Source: Eledone cirrhosa (taxonomy: Eukaryota). From it: a DNA stretch of 64,000 nucleotides. Position numbers and translations under genes: made by a program. Below are positions 1-13,203 of this stretch, piece after piece (the stretch's first letter is position 1; every line of letters starts with the position of its first letter). The stretch covers positions 374,542,001 to 374,606,000 of the forward strand of contig OZ024740.1 of assembly GCA_964016885.1 (NCBI GenBank), in the 5' to 3' direction. The notes beneath the pieces were generated by a model, which was not told the DNA's origin, made no database searches, and saw nothing but the letters and a program-made list of their open reading frames with translations.

Positions 1-1103
1 AGCACATTTGGCAATACATCTCGGAGGCCAACATTTTCTCGCCTACTCATCATCATCTTGCCAGCACTGGTAAACTACCATAATAGCTTCGTCCACAGTT
101 ACTGGTACAACACTTACCATTAACATTTAATGCAAGAACAGCAACTTCGCCCATGTCAGACTTTATCTGTTTTCTTGTAGACCTTTGGTGGTCACGTATA
201 AACTACAAAACAGCTAGTCATTTGACAGCGGCTCAACGCGGCCCGTCGCGCCTCATTTTTTGTTCTTCTTTTCTTTCTTGCATGCATATTTCTGCTTAAT
301 TATTTTTTCACTGATGTGCTCTTTCAGCATTTGTTCTTGCTGATTCAATAATCTGTGGGTTCTCGGCTTCATCGTTAACGATTTTCGGCTAAAAATTTGC
401 TTGGAGGTGATGTAGTGACCTACATTCCGCGGGCTCACATACATTCGCTGTGCGTCATTTGGTTCAGCCAATCAGCGCCAGTACAAGAGGATGTATCCCT
501 ACGCGTTCTGGGGGAGAAATAGCCCGCAAAGATTTGAGGACGCTAACACTCGCAGCTGGACCATGCTAAGGTAAAAAACGCTTGTTCTTTTGCTCCGTAA
601 GCACAAACAATATGTAACGACAAAACATTACCTACGAGCCTGGCCAAACGCCTTCAGCCAGTCGCCCGTATTTTCTCTAGTAATCTTAATTGATTTGTTT
701 TATTTCTCTTGGCATGCCAGCTCAACCTCTGTTAATAAATAATGTAAAACCAAGCTAAAGTCGTTGTCGATATTCCTATCATGTCTTTCTACCAAACCTG
801 GTTCCTCGTGGCGACATTACAACTCTCTAAACAATTCTCCGCTAAATTGGTACTTATATACCTCAACCAAATGGGTGACTTATATTGAACAAAGAGAAAC
901 ATTCCTTTCCTTTATGTTTGTGTGTATATTGTATCTGTATGTTTGACCGTTGGTCAGTCAATGGCAACATTGAGGACCGAATAAATTAAATTAACCGATA
1001 TAAAGGACACAGAAGCGAAAAGCGAAAACCAACCAAACAGTGAGTGTGTTCTTTTATTAATTCTGGCAATATTACACAAATATAAACCTCCCCAAGTATA
1101 ACA

Positions 1104-1138
<35 letters not shown>

Positions 1139-1954
1139 CAAATGTGTGAAATTCGGAGTGAGCTGGACATCAATTGCTTTATATACGTATTGTTTTATTC
1201 AAACGCAGCTGACGGAGGACTATGGATAACTACTCTGGATTTCCCCTATAATATTCACAAAAGTAATTGAATTGAAGGAGCCTGAAAAGTGTTGAAATTT
1301 AAGTATCTTATAGAGCTAACGCCAGCTGCGTATGAATACATTTATGTATGAATACATTTATGTATTCTACATTGAATAGATATGCAATTTACTGGTGTAT
1401 CTTATAAATGAACATTAGAATGTTCTTTAATCAAAATAGCAAAATATCAAAATATTAGATTACAATGACAAACATTTTCAAACTTAGAGGCTGCAAGTGT
1501 GTCTGTTTCGAACCGTAACCTAGCCAGAGAAACCTACAGAATGAATGTGCGTACGCATATGTTAAATATAGGAATCACAATGGCTTGGGATATAGAAGTA
1601 AGCTCTAGCATATGTATGCAGGATTTTAGAAATTGGGAGTTGACTACATTAGGTAAACTGGACCGAAGGCAAAAGAGCAGACCTTGATCAGTCCTGTTGC
1701 GCGAGGCCAGCGATTCGTGATATAAAAGGACCCCACGAACTGGGACATATACTGAGAAGTGGTCAACGGAGGGATATGACAAGCGACGGCGGTATCCATG
1801 ACGAGTGGTATATCATTCACATTTTCAGTGAACCGGTCAGCAAATAGTGGCTTACGATGAACATGGACCCGCAAAAAAGAAAAGAACATCAGATACACTA
1901 AATATATATATATCTAGTGCCTGTTGGAATATCCATACCCTTATATATATATAT

Positions 1955-2690
1955 GAAAAAGAACACAAGAGCGTCTACAACATCAACAGATTTTTATTGG
2001 CTTACAATGTTTCTTCCTTACGTAACCGTAGGATTCGTCAGAGCTATAAAAGGGATTTGATTGGTGTTATGGACTCTACCAACCAAACATTCAAGAACAA
2101 AGTGTAAAGAGAATAAAGAGCAAAAGTAGGGGACGATAAGTCTAATTTTGGTGCGGGAGGGTGGGGTGTGGGTCCTTGTTTACTAGCTGCGGTCATATTC
2201 ATTCCCGGGAGTCGGGTGGTTAGCTGAACCATAGATGGGGTGGCGTCGATAGTATGGTGCAGAGGGTGCGCAGAGGCTACACAAACACAAAGGGCATACA
2301 ATATATATATATATATATAGCGGAGGAGAAAGTACATGAGGTAATTAGAAATGGAAAAAGAGTAATAATAATAATGTATAATTAATAGTGTATAATAAGG
2401 CATGGGGAAGATTACACTATAATAAGGTATAAAAGTAAGAATAAGGTAAAATATAAAGGAGGATAAAAGTGAAAATAATAAAGATAAAAAAAATATATAG
2501 AGAATATGTAAAGAAATATGGGCGAATATTTGGAGGCGAAAACACAATGTAAAAAAACTGATTTTTTCAAATAATAATAAAAATACAATAATTATGGGAG
2601 GGGAAAACGGGATAGAGAAATATGATCAAGTGTGATTAGATAAGATGATAATAGTTATGTCAAGTTTATACATCTTAATAATAAATAATC
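1955..2690 (-). mobile_element. Non-coding 3' end/pseudo-LTR fragment of a Penelope-like element
   Basis: Starts at a (TA)n tract, carries a hammerhead fold at 2000-2045, and has a purine-rich plus strand like the PLE 3' UTRs at 28000-28600 and 32300-33100. No PLE ORF seen. Confidence 0.55.
2000..2045 (-). ncRNA. Minimal type I hammerhead ribozyme
   Basis: Minus strand: gct CTGACGA a-tcctacg-gtta-cgtaagga-a GAAA cattg TA agc. Stem I gct/agc, minimal stem III, GUA cleavage triplet. Confidence 0.75.
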
Positions 2691-3229
2691 TGTGTATCAG
2701 AGTTGCAGAAGCTTCAATTCACTTACGGGTTCAAGCCACGTGGCGTGGTCCTTTGTTTATCTGTGCGGTCATGTGCGTTTGTTTTTGACACCACGGCAGA
2801 TGCACAAGTTCGTAAATTCCAATGCAGATAGAAATCTATTTTTGCTCACCCGGACACTGACGGAGGATCCAATATTCCTAGTTCAATATGTGTGTGGTGT
2901 TATTTTGGTCGCACAAATCAATCACTTGGTTCAATATTATGGAGTATGGTTTTCTGGTCTTCGTAACAGTGTCAGTGGTTGTATATCTGGAAATCACAAG
3001 GATCACAGTACTCCGGTTTGGTGTGATTATCGGTCATCCAGCCATGTTGTTCGTGGTTGGATTCAATTCTATTCGCCCGAACGTTGAACTTTGGTGTCGA
3101 TAGGACATTAACGAGGCAGGGTGAGATCGCATCTGTGGTACAAAACGGTACGCAAGGAAATTCTTCGTCTTCGTTTCATCCGGCTTCAGCAGTCACGTGC
3201 AAGAACCGCTACGTAGTAATTGTGGGGTT

Positions 3230-3552
3230 AATCGGTCAAGTCAGCAACTGACCAAAAATTCAGACAGGCATGACAGGCACATTTAGGTCGGCAGCTTCTT
3301 TATGTGTACGTGTGTCCGACACACACAGACACATATTTATATGTGTTTCAACTCAAACAACTCAATTGATTCACCCACTGGTACTACAATCGGTCAAGAC
3401 AGCAACTGGCCGACAACTCCCTTAGGAATTCAGACAGGCATGACAGGTATATGTAGGTCAGCAGCTTCTTTATGTGTACGTGTGTCCGATACACACAGAC
3501 ACATATCCATATGTATTTCAACTCAAAAAATTCAGTTGATTCCCCTATTGAT
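3230..3552. repeat. Two-copy tandem duplication (~160-170 bp unit)
   Basis: aatcggtcaag...aattcagacaggcatgacagg...gcagcttctttatgtgtacgtgtgtccga...tttcaactcaaa...ttgattc occurs at about 3230 and 3388. Confidence 0.85.
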
Positions 3553-3864
3553 ATTATATCTGTGTCGCTCGGATGTGCATGCTGTGGTGTTCTGGTCGTG
3601 CATAGCATTCACTGTGTTTTGCCATTACCTTGGAATGTGATGTTATGGTCATCAATAGTCCGGCAAGCGCATTTCGCTCTTATATTGCGGATAATGGTGT
3701 TCTGGTCCTCAGTAAACATTTGGGTCAGCAGGAGGGGTGGTGGTTCTCAGTTTCAACTTCGACAATACATATGTGTTACTCTGCATATCATGCTCCTCTC
3801 AGAGAAGAGTATTATAGGAGGAATTCGTGCCACACACCACATATAGAGAGAATTTCTACAGAAA

Positions 3865-4140
3865 AGTATACATACATATACACATACATACACACATCAT
3901 ACACTTACACATACACATACACACTCATACGCATACATACATATATTCACATACATGTCACATATACACATACACACAATATAATACGCGTGCATACAAC
4001 ATACATATATATATATACATAAAATATACATGCATACAATGCACGCGCACATGCGTGCACGAACGCACACCCACACATATGTCTGAGTGTGTGTGCGTGT
4101 GAGAGAGAAAAGGAGAATACACACACACACACACACACGC
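3865..4140. repeat. Degenerate (CA)n/(TACA)n microsatellite
   Basis: Visible dinucleotide and tetranucleotide runs. Confidence 0.9.
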
Positions 4141-4260
4141 AAAAACACCAACCTTGTAGGGGACTGTACCACCCTTAGGGTACCTATCTATCTGGGTTAC
4201 GGGTTAGGGGGAAGGGGGGAAGCTATAGTCTATGTGGGGATTGCGTGATATATGTTACGT

Positions 4261-6182
4261 CTATGTGCTAGGTTTAAAATAGAAGAAGGAACTCAGGATT
4301 TTGTGTTGGTAAGAGGAGAACATTTCCGATTTGCTGTTAAGCAGGTTCAGTTTAGAGTGTATTATGGCATGGCGTTCCAGTAAACACAGGTCAAAACTTC
4401 CGCTCTGCGGTCGGTATGGCGTGGATCTAGTAAGCTTTCTCCAAAAAAGTTTGTATGGGGTACTATTATTTTTTAAAAAAGGAGATGTATCCCGCCAGTG
4501 AGGTGGCATTCTTATGTCTATCGTGTCTAAATGTGTACATATGCGCGTTAGATCTAGTTTTAAATGTATTGTACGTTGCTCCTATATATGTTTTGGTGGA
4601 GTTGTGTGTGGTTACGTCGCATGCATATACTATGTTTTTCATGAGGCAATCCCCTCTTAGGGGACAGTTACTACTCCGCCTACAATTGCAACTGCGGGTT
4701 CGATTAGTTAACTTACCTCCCGAAGTTTGGTTACTAGCATTATCACTAGGTGCCTCTATATCATTAGATGGCTCATTGATGCTATTATGTTGCCCATTTT
4801 CCAGTGTAGTCGGTTGCTGGTGGTTGACTGCCATTTTAATTGCTTCGAAGCCTTCCCTAGTTTTCCTAATGTTCGTGCGTGCTAGGTGTGATGCGAGGTT
4901 AGGTGTGGTCGAATAGGATAATTTAATTACGTTTTTGTTAATTATGTTGCGATATCTATTGCCTGGTGGGAAGTTTTTTTCCAATAATGAGAAGAATACT
5001 CTGGGGAGGTTAGTGAGGACCTCAGAGTTAAAAGGTGGGTTAAAATACATGTTTTTCCTTCTTCTATTTTTCTTATCTTTGGGGTGAGTCTCGCTACTGT
5101 GCGTACTATTTTGTAGGGTTCCGTTATTAACGTTAGTGGCGTTGTCTCTTTTGCTTAAGCCCGGATGGTTTATATTCATGGCGTGATCATTTACTGTTTT
5201 CGAGTTGTGGTGAGGGACTCTAGTATTGTCTTTACGTGGTTTACATTTAGCTGGGTTACCGCCATTAGGGTTCTTACTATTATTCTTGCCTCTAAGTCGG
5301 TTAGGCTTTGTGGCCATACTATGTGTGATTATGTTGGCAGGTTTCACACTCATGGTTTGAGAGTCCTTATGTATATATGATAATCTACTCCTGTAACCAG
5401 ATTCAGCTAGGGCCTTGTCATAATACTCTGCATTGGAGTTGAAGATACTCTCATTACAGGACAGTCTGCTAATTCTATTAGAGACCCCCTTGGGAATAGC
5501 GTTTAGGACTGGTTTGGGGTGGTTAGAGTTGGCGTTTTCATATGTTAGTCTATCGTTATGTTTATGGTAGGGTGCAAATGTTTTACTTTCTAGGTCAAGG
5601 GTGGCGTCTAGGAAGTTTACTGTTTTATCATTTGCATCTATGGTAATACTTAGATTAAAGTTTTTAAAGAACCTACGTAATTGTTTCCTGGTTCTTTCTA
5701 TATTACACTTTTTATACTCGAGAGTGAGGATGGCGTCATCACGGTATAAGCCGCCCTTCAAGTGTGGTAATGTCTCATGTAACTCCTTTAAGAGGTACAA
5801 TCCTACCAGGTCCGTTACTTGTGCAGAGTCACTAGATCCCATTGTGATGTCGAAGTTACTGGGCGTATTCTTGCGGGTCCACAATTCATCCTCAAATGTG
5901 ACTATCGTTTTCCGGGCTGCAAGAATGACATCAATTTGAGACCTAGTGAGGTCACTTTTCTGCATGGCCATGATTAGGGCCTTATTAAGGAGTATGGGGG
6001 AGATTGAGGTGTAGTACGCATCGATGTCGAATTGTATAATTTTAAGGGATTTATGGTTGCTAAGGCTTGAGAACCATTTCAACATCTCTTCCGTATTCTC
6101 CCATAGCTCTAGATATATTTTCCTCCTGATGGTGGGTATAACGCCGTCTAAAATGTTCTTACTGATAATTCCTATATCTGAC
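4261..6182 (-). mobile_element. 5'-truncated Penelope-like retroelement, RT + C-terminal GIY-YIG endonuclease, probably Hydra clade; one frameshift near 4470
   Basis: 539-aa ORF with FDIDAYY, FDITMGSSDSAQVTDLVG, GGLYRDD, VNFLD, SNHP, FNPPF, CNCRRSSNCPLRGDCL, IVY..YIG..FKTR. The C-terminus (WRKL..DLCLLE) continues in ORF 4261..4509. The frame stays open up to the (TA)n at 6183. Confidence 0.93.
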
Positions 6183-6194
6183 TATATATATATA

Positions 6195-6804
6195 TAAGAC
6201 ATAACATATATATTTGCTAGCATGGGTTTACATCTGTATACATATGTTGGTAGATATACTAATTCTCTATATTTAACTCCAAATTATTTGTTGAGCAAAA
6301 CTTGCCAAAATTTACTGCTATGGTTTATGGTAGTAGTTTGGCTCTTGTCATAATACCACCCCAGTCCTCACTGATTAACCTCAGTGTCGCGTGACTGATT
6401 CTTTAGAATTTGCCACTGACCAAGTAGGCAGTGAATTTTTTCAGTGCCCTGGAATTTAGTCCCCGCTAGCTTTATTCCATCCACTGAATTATTATTTTTA
6501 TATGGGTTCCTAGTGTCCGCGCATTGCCTGGGAACTTAGCTGAGAATAGACTCCCTGATGACGTAATGACTTCTCTATAGTAACGTTTCGTAACTATATT
6601 TATTTCCTTACAGAAACTAATTAGTTGGAGTGAAAATATTAGTAAGTAAGTTAATTTTTTTAATTTTTAAAATTTTCTTATTTTACGTCTTTCATATAAT
6701 TGTTCTGCATCCCCCTCCATAGAACCACAAAGGTACTAAGACATAACATATATATTTGCTAGCATGGGTATACATCTGTATACATATGTTGGTAGATATA
6801 CTAA

Positions 6805-6810
<6 letters not shown>
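6195..6810 (+). mobile_element. Non-coding retrozyme-like element: 542-nt unit with 74-bp terminal direct repeat and a hammerhead
   Basis: 6195-6268 is repeated at 6737-6810. Flanked by (TA)n and (CT)n(TA)n. HHR at 6550-6631. Diverged homologue at 12571-13139. Confidence 0.75.
6550..6631 (+). ncRNA. Type I hammerhead ribozyme with palindromic stem III
   Basis: actcc CTGATGA c-gtaa...ttac-a GAAA ctaattag TT ggagt. Stem I actcc/ggagt, self-complementary actaattagt, GUU triplet. Confidence 0.8.
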
Positions 6811-6849
<39 letters not shown>

Positions 6850-7546
6850 GTTTTAATATGGAAGAGCTTCTACAGGACTAGAACTGTTTCATTCGTGAGA
6901 ACTCACCAGGAAGCTAACTGTCCGGGTATAACTGGTGGTATTTATATCTTTTCTGGTGGTAGGAGATGGAGCGGAGTAGGATGGGTGGAGGTCTTTGGTT
7001 TAAAGAGAAGTGAATTCTTTAAAACCTAATTCTTTAAAGCTATAAGTTATATTTAGAGTGACAAAGGCCTGAAGAATTCTATTAACAATTTCAAAATGGA
7101 ATGCCACTTCTTATTTATAAGTTTCTCTTAAGCTAACAATGCCTATATCTCAGATGTCAACAGGATGGTGGATTTAGTATAACTATAGAATCTAATATGA
7201 GTAGGGCCAACTCTTTAGATTTCACTCTCGACCTAGATACTTCCCTCTATTACCCGTACCATAAACCTAACGAGTCCCTTAGATATATTAATGTTAATTC
7301 TAACCACGCCAAAAATATCACTGATAACTTATTAAAAAGCGTCTCAATTAGAATCTCCGACCTCTCGGCTAATGAAGATTTATTTAATTCTTCCGCCTCC
7401 TTCTTCCATGACGCCCTCGCCCGCAGCGGACTAAAGAAAAGATAACTTACCTAGAAACCACCGCAAAGCTACATAGGAGGAATAGGCATAGGCAGATTAG
7501 TTGGTACAACCCACCCTTCAATGAACTAGTTTCTAGCTTATTAGCT
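6850..7546 (+). mobile_element. Degenerate Hydra-like PLE RT fragment preceded by an inverted pseudo-LTR piece
   Basis: LDFTLDLDTSLYYPYHKPNESLRYINVNSNH...ALARSG, then (frameshift) WYNPPFNELVSS. Antisense HHR at 6865-6915. Confidence 0.85.
6865..6915 (-). ncRNA. Hammerhead fold with mutated core (CTGGTGA), probably inactive
   Basis: agcttc CTGGTGA gttc-tcac-gaat GAAA cag-ttctagtc-ctg TA gaagct. All three stems form; A6 is replaced by G. Confidence 0.7.
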
Positions 7547-7854
7547 GTCATCAGCAACGTATACATTCTTGTCAGTTGATTGAACGTTTGAAAGTATATA
7601 CTTTCCTCATGCATATTAACGGCTGAGTAGCCTAATTTGCATATCGAGTGAGTTAGTCGGCCGGGCGTACCGAAAACGATAAATGGAAAAAATGAAATTT
7701 CGTTTGTCACACTTAGTACGGCTGATAGTTAAATATAAGTATGTATAAGCTAATAAGCTAGAAACTAGTTCATCGTTCATTTGTCAGTGTTGAACAGAAG
7801 GGCAACTATGGTTGCCGAACACTGTACGGCTAATAATTCGGGCTGTTTGTTTAC

Positions 7855-8206
7855 ATATATAAACATACATATATAAAATTAGAATCGGTGCTCTGAAATA
7901 GCGATGTATAGATGAATATATATATAGTATATTTGGCAAAATACAGCATGCTTAATTAAACACATTTTGAAGACCTTACGCTATTGTTTTAAAGTAGTAT
8001 TTATGTCACTTACTTCTTTTTTCAACAAACAAACAAACTTTGTTTGTTGAAAAAAGAGGTGACATTTACACTACTTTAAAACAATAGCGTAAGCTCTTCA
8101 AAATGTGTTTAATTAAGCATGCTGTATTTTGCCAAATACACTATATATACATTCATCTATACATCGCTATTTCAGAGCACCGATTCTAATTTTATATATG
8201 TATGTT

Positions 8207-8215
<9 letters not shown>
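7855..8215. repeat. Long inverted repeat (~180-bp arms, almost no spacer)
   Basis: ataaaattagaatcggtgctctgaaatagcgatgtatag... and ...ctatacatcgctatttcagagcaccgattctaattttat; centre about 8038. Confidence 0.9.
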
Positions 8216-8237
<22 letters not shown>

Positions 8238-8349
8238 GCGTGTGTTTGTTTGTGTGTGTGTGTGTATGTGTGTGTATGTGTGGGTGTGGTTGTGGTGTGT
8301 GGGTGTATGTGTGTATGTATGTGTATGTATGTGTGCGTGTGTGTGTGTG

Positions 8350-8976
8350 AAAAGGAAAGTAATGACTTCACTTGTGGTGCTAAATAATTTGATCTAATTT
8401 TAAATATTATATTATGAGTTGGTAGATCTAGTAACTTCTTTGTTAACTTCGGTGGAAAGAATATTAAAGATTCCTGGTTAACTTTCTTGAAGAACCTCTC
8501 GAATTCTTTGGTGGCGTTTGTCAATCTGAGATCAAATTGTATTGTAATGTGTGAGTATATATAAGAGAGATTTGGATGTGTCTAGTGTGTGTGTTGTGCT
8601 GTTAATGAGTGTTGTTGAAGATTTGGAGGTATTAAAGCATACACACACACATACACGCACACATATATTCACACACACATACATATGTGTCACTAACACC
8701 CCAGACATCACAACACAACCCCACACCTCAGTCGTCACAACAGAACCTGATCTCATTTTAACAATCGCCACCGACGAATGCGAGAAAGTTTTCCAGCAAA
8801 GTTAACCAGGAAACTTTAAAAATCTTCCCACCGAAGTTTTCAAAGAACTTACTAAATCCACCAACTCATAATATTATATTATAAAATTAAATCAAATTAT
8901 TTAACACTATAAGTGAAGTCATTCTTTTCCTTTTTTTTAAAATATACCTGACTGTACCAAGGATCTCACGCATTTT

Positions 8977-9012
<36 letters not shown>

Positions 9013-9055
9013 AAAATGTGAGAACCTTGGTACAGTCAGGTATATTTGAATGGAA
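8350..9055. mobile_element. Inverted pair of diverged ends of a microsatellite-associated repeat (family C), plus a short tail-to-tail copy across (TA)n
   Basis: 8350-8535 is the diverged reverse complement of 8748-8935. The terminus aatatacctgactgtaccaagg recurs inverted at 9025-9047, at about 24846 and at about 59434. Confidence 0.7.
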
Positions 9056-9079
9056 AAAAAAATAATATATATATATATA

Positions 9080-11460
9080 TTGTTATATTTTGGGAGGGTC
9101 ATGTTGCCAATAGGAAACACACGCACCAGTCGCTTCACTTCAATTTATTATAATAAAGGAATTTATAAATTTCCGGTTGGTTGGCTGGTTCCACAACCAA
9201 ATGGTTGTTTATATATTGTCAAAGGTTCTTTCGCCACACATTCTGTTACCTCTTCAGTGACTGGGGATTATTTTCATTGTTTTTGTGCCTCTCCTTTTTC
9301 TGTCCTACGCCATCTTGTTTCTGTGTGTGTGTTGTGTGCTCAGTCTGCGCATGCGCCGCATCCGGGTGTCTGTGTTTGTTTATATTCGTTTATTTATTTG
9401 TTTATTTACATGTTACTGGTGGGTTGTTTGTTCTATGTGCGTGTGTGTTTTCATTTTGTCCTTAATTGTAAGTTGTGATGTTGCTGTTCCACTCATGTTT
9501 TCTATTTAATTTTGGTTGTAAATATTTTATGTTTATTGCCTCTGTGATTTGTCTAAACATTGCGTCTTTTCTGAGTGTAGATTCTACTTTTATTTCTATG
9601 TCCTCTAATTTACCCTTATGTCCTATTTTAGCATGTTGGTAGAATACAGATGATTCTTTACTATCTTGAAGGTCTCGCCAGTGTTCGTTTATCCGTTCCC
9701 CTACACTACGAGCTGTCTCACCTATGTACACTATATTTTTTATCTCTACATTGTCCTTCAGTACATCTTATGCTATATACTACATTTCTAGTTTTACAAT
9801 TAATATGGGGGCTTATTTACAGGTTATAGATTTCTTATCTATAGAGGGGTCTTTGAAAAGGGTATGTCTTGCTAATAAGTGTTTTTATGGAGGTACCTCG
9901 TCTTTCTACTATCTTAATATTGAGTTTATGTTTATCTACGGCCCTTCTAAATGTGTAAGCTAATTTACCTCTAGGTGTTGTATCGATGAACATTACACTC
10001 TGTATTTATTGCTATCAAACCATGAGTTTATTCTATTAGCCTTATTCCTAGTTCTTTCTATTCTATTCCAAAATTTGATCCTTTACAAGGGGCAGGTCCC
10101 ATTTGTGTCATTATTTACCATTTTTTCCCATTTGGTTCTGGCTCCTCTATACACTCTGATTTTATCTCTCTGATTGTAACCAGAGAACTGCATACGGTGG
10201 ATGAAGTGTTGTATGTGTCTCTTTAGTTCTTCGGGGTTGCACATGCGGGGCACGTTTCTCATCACCCGTACCAGATTCGCAATCAATATGTTGATTTTGG
10301 TATGGTCCGAAACAGCTGAGTTTCGGTGGATCAGATATTTGGAAGTCATGTGTTTGGCATAATGGGAATGGATGATTTGTTTTTTGTTATTAATGGTATC
10401 TAACCAGAGCTCTGTGTCTAGTACAGGTAATCGATGGTTGTGGTGTAACTCTAATACTCTGTTGGATGGAGTTAGCTATTTGCTGGATGTTTTCCATTGT
10501 GTTTTTCTCTAATTCCTGGCAGTTGTCTAGTGGGGGTGTTTTAACTAGGATTTTTATATCATCAACGTAGCGGGAGTACATTATCAGGGTTAAAGGGTCC
10601 TCTAATTGTTCTTTAAGTTAAAGTTTAAGTCTACTCTCCCACCATACCATGAATAAGTTAGCTATGTCGCCTGCAATGCTAACACCAATGGCTGCTCCCT
10701 CCTCTTGGGCATATGTTTTTCCATTAAATTTGAACATATGTTCCTTAAGGGTTAATTCTATGCTGCCCCCCACCGCATGTGCAATCATTTTATTTACTTC
10801 ATCGTGGTTTTCACGGGACTGTATGGCTCTGGTCCACCCGTTCCATCTATCTGTGTGGGTTTTCTTGGCCATTGAGGTAATGGTAGGTGGTCTGCCTCTT
10901 GCTGGTCTTGTAGGGCACAGGTTGCTAAGGTCATATGTGTCTAGATAATTATTACTATAGGTAAGTTTAAGTAGGAGACCCAGCTCACTGGTATCAATCC
11001 CACGGAACTCAACATTGCTCTCACTGATCATTTCTACGCATTTCTCCACAGCAAAATCCACGTCAATTGATGAATACAGGGACACAAAATCCATACTAAC
11101 TATTATGCAGTTTGTTAGGTCCCTAGATCTTTTACCACCGCCGATTCTGCTGAGGAGATCTTTCGTGCTGTCACATACATCTGGGGACATTTCAATGATG
11201 GGGCGTATGAATACCCATCATGAAGAGGTCACATAATGTGTGACGAAAGAACCTTTGACAATATATAAACAACCACCTGGTTGTGGAACCAACCAACCAA
11301 CCGGAAATTTATAAATTCCTCAATTTATACATTTATTATAATAAATTGAAGTGAAAGCAACTGGTGCGTGTGTTTCTTATTGGCAACATGACACTCCCAA
11401 AGTACAACAATATCGGTTTCAACGCACGTTTTCAGATAAAGAATCTTGCTAAACAAATTC
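9080..11460 (-). mobile_element. Decayed Penelope-like element (RT + GIY-YIG, Nematis-like by motif), 5'-truncated with an inverted pseudo-LTR
   Basis: Fragments VSMDFVSLYSSID, YAQEEGAAIG..IANLFM, YSRYVDDI, MQFSGY, YIGETARSVGERINEH..QH. 9080-9257 is repeated inverted at 11221-11412. Confidence 0.88.
9218..9261 (-). ncRNA. Minimal type I hammerhead ribozyme (partial inverted copy at 11221-11259 +)
   Basis: gtca CTGAAGA ggtaacagaatgtgtggc GAAA gaacc TT tgac. The second copy shows a clean stem II gtcaca/tgtgac. Confidence 0.7.
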
Positions 11461-11467
11461 AGAAACG

Positions 11468-11837
<370 letters not shown>

Positions 11838-11839
<2 letters not shown>

Positions 11840-12056
11840 GGTTACACAACAGTTTGTTCACCATACCGAGAACAATATTGTTTCATATTAGCGGATTATC
11901 AAGTCGGAATGGGCATTCCGAGCTGAAGATCCGCTAAAGTGAAACAATAGTTCTCGGTATGGTGAACTAACTGTTGTGTAACCACTTCTACCTAGCTCGT
12001 CCCTTGGACTGAATGCTCTAAAATTACGGATATTACCTTCCAGTGTTCCACCACTA
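11838..12056 (+). mobile_element. Short fold-back PLE end with hammerhead at 11918-11957
   Basis: Arms 11838-11911 and 11914-11985. ccgag CTGAAGA tccgctaaagt GAAA caatag TT ctcgg (stem II weak). Same family at 57455-57900. Confidence 0.75.
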
Positions 12057-12080
12057 CATATATATGTATATATATATATA

Positions 12081-12561
<481 letters not shown>

Positions 12562-12570
12562 AATATATAT

Positions 12571-13135
12571 ATGAATGACGGAAAATAAAAACATTATAAA
12601 AATTAACTTACTTACTAAAATTTCACTCCAACTAATTACTTTCTGAAAGGGAATAAACATGATTTCCAAATGGAAAGCATGGAGCAGCCGTTTCATCATC
12701 AGGAAGTCTCTTCTCAACTAAGATACCTGGCGACGCGTGGACGCAGGGAACTTATACAAACATAATTCAGTGGATGGAAAAAAGCAAGCGGGAACTAAAT
12801 TCCAAGACATTGAAAAAATCACTGCGTACTTGGTCGGTGGCAAATTCAAAAGAATCAATCACGTGACATCCAGGTTAATCAGTGAGGAGTGGGTGTTAAA
12901 AAGACAGTAGCCAAGCCGTTACTATGGACTATAGTAGCAGTTTTGGCAAATTTTTGCTCAACAAAATAATTTGGAGATAACTATAAAGAATTAATATAGC
13001 TACCAACATATATATACAGATGCATACCGATGCTAGCAAATATATAGGTTTTGTCTTAGTAACTTTGTGGTTCAATGCAAGGGGATGCAGAACAATTATA
13101 TGAATGACGTAAAATAATAAAATTGTAAAAATTAA

Positions 13136-13139
<4 letters not shown>
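12571..13139 (-). mobile_element. Second, diverged and differently permuted copy of the retrozyme-like element (529-nt unit, ~40-bp terminal repeat), HHR at 12625-12707
   Basis: The reverse complement aligns to 6195-6810. atgaatgacg..aaaattaactta occurs at 12571 and 13100. Minus strand acttc CTGATGA tgaaa...tttca GAAA gtaattag TT ggagt. Confidence 0.75.

Positions 13140-13199
<60 letters not shown>

Positions 13200-13203
<4 letters not shown>

Noticed and set aside
210-682. Helitron-like hairpin + CTAG ends
   Set aside because: The hairpins are weak, with no second copy or Rep/helicase sequence.
1498-1897. Possible solo LTR (TGTGTCTG...CAGATACA, TATAAAAG at ~1720)
   Set aside because: No target-site duplication, PBS/PPT or second copy; unsupported.
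3660-3720. Minus-strand CTGAGGA...GAAAtgcgc hammerhead candidate; also isolated CTGANGA at ~40123, 40885, 59506, 59637, 61195
   Set aside because: No stem I/II pairing or no suitably placed GAAA.
4170-4215. Telomere-like ggttac/ggttag (also 57190-57220, 63311-63326)
   Set aside because: Only 2-3 imperfect units; not a telomeric array.
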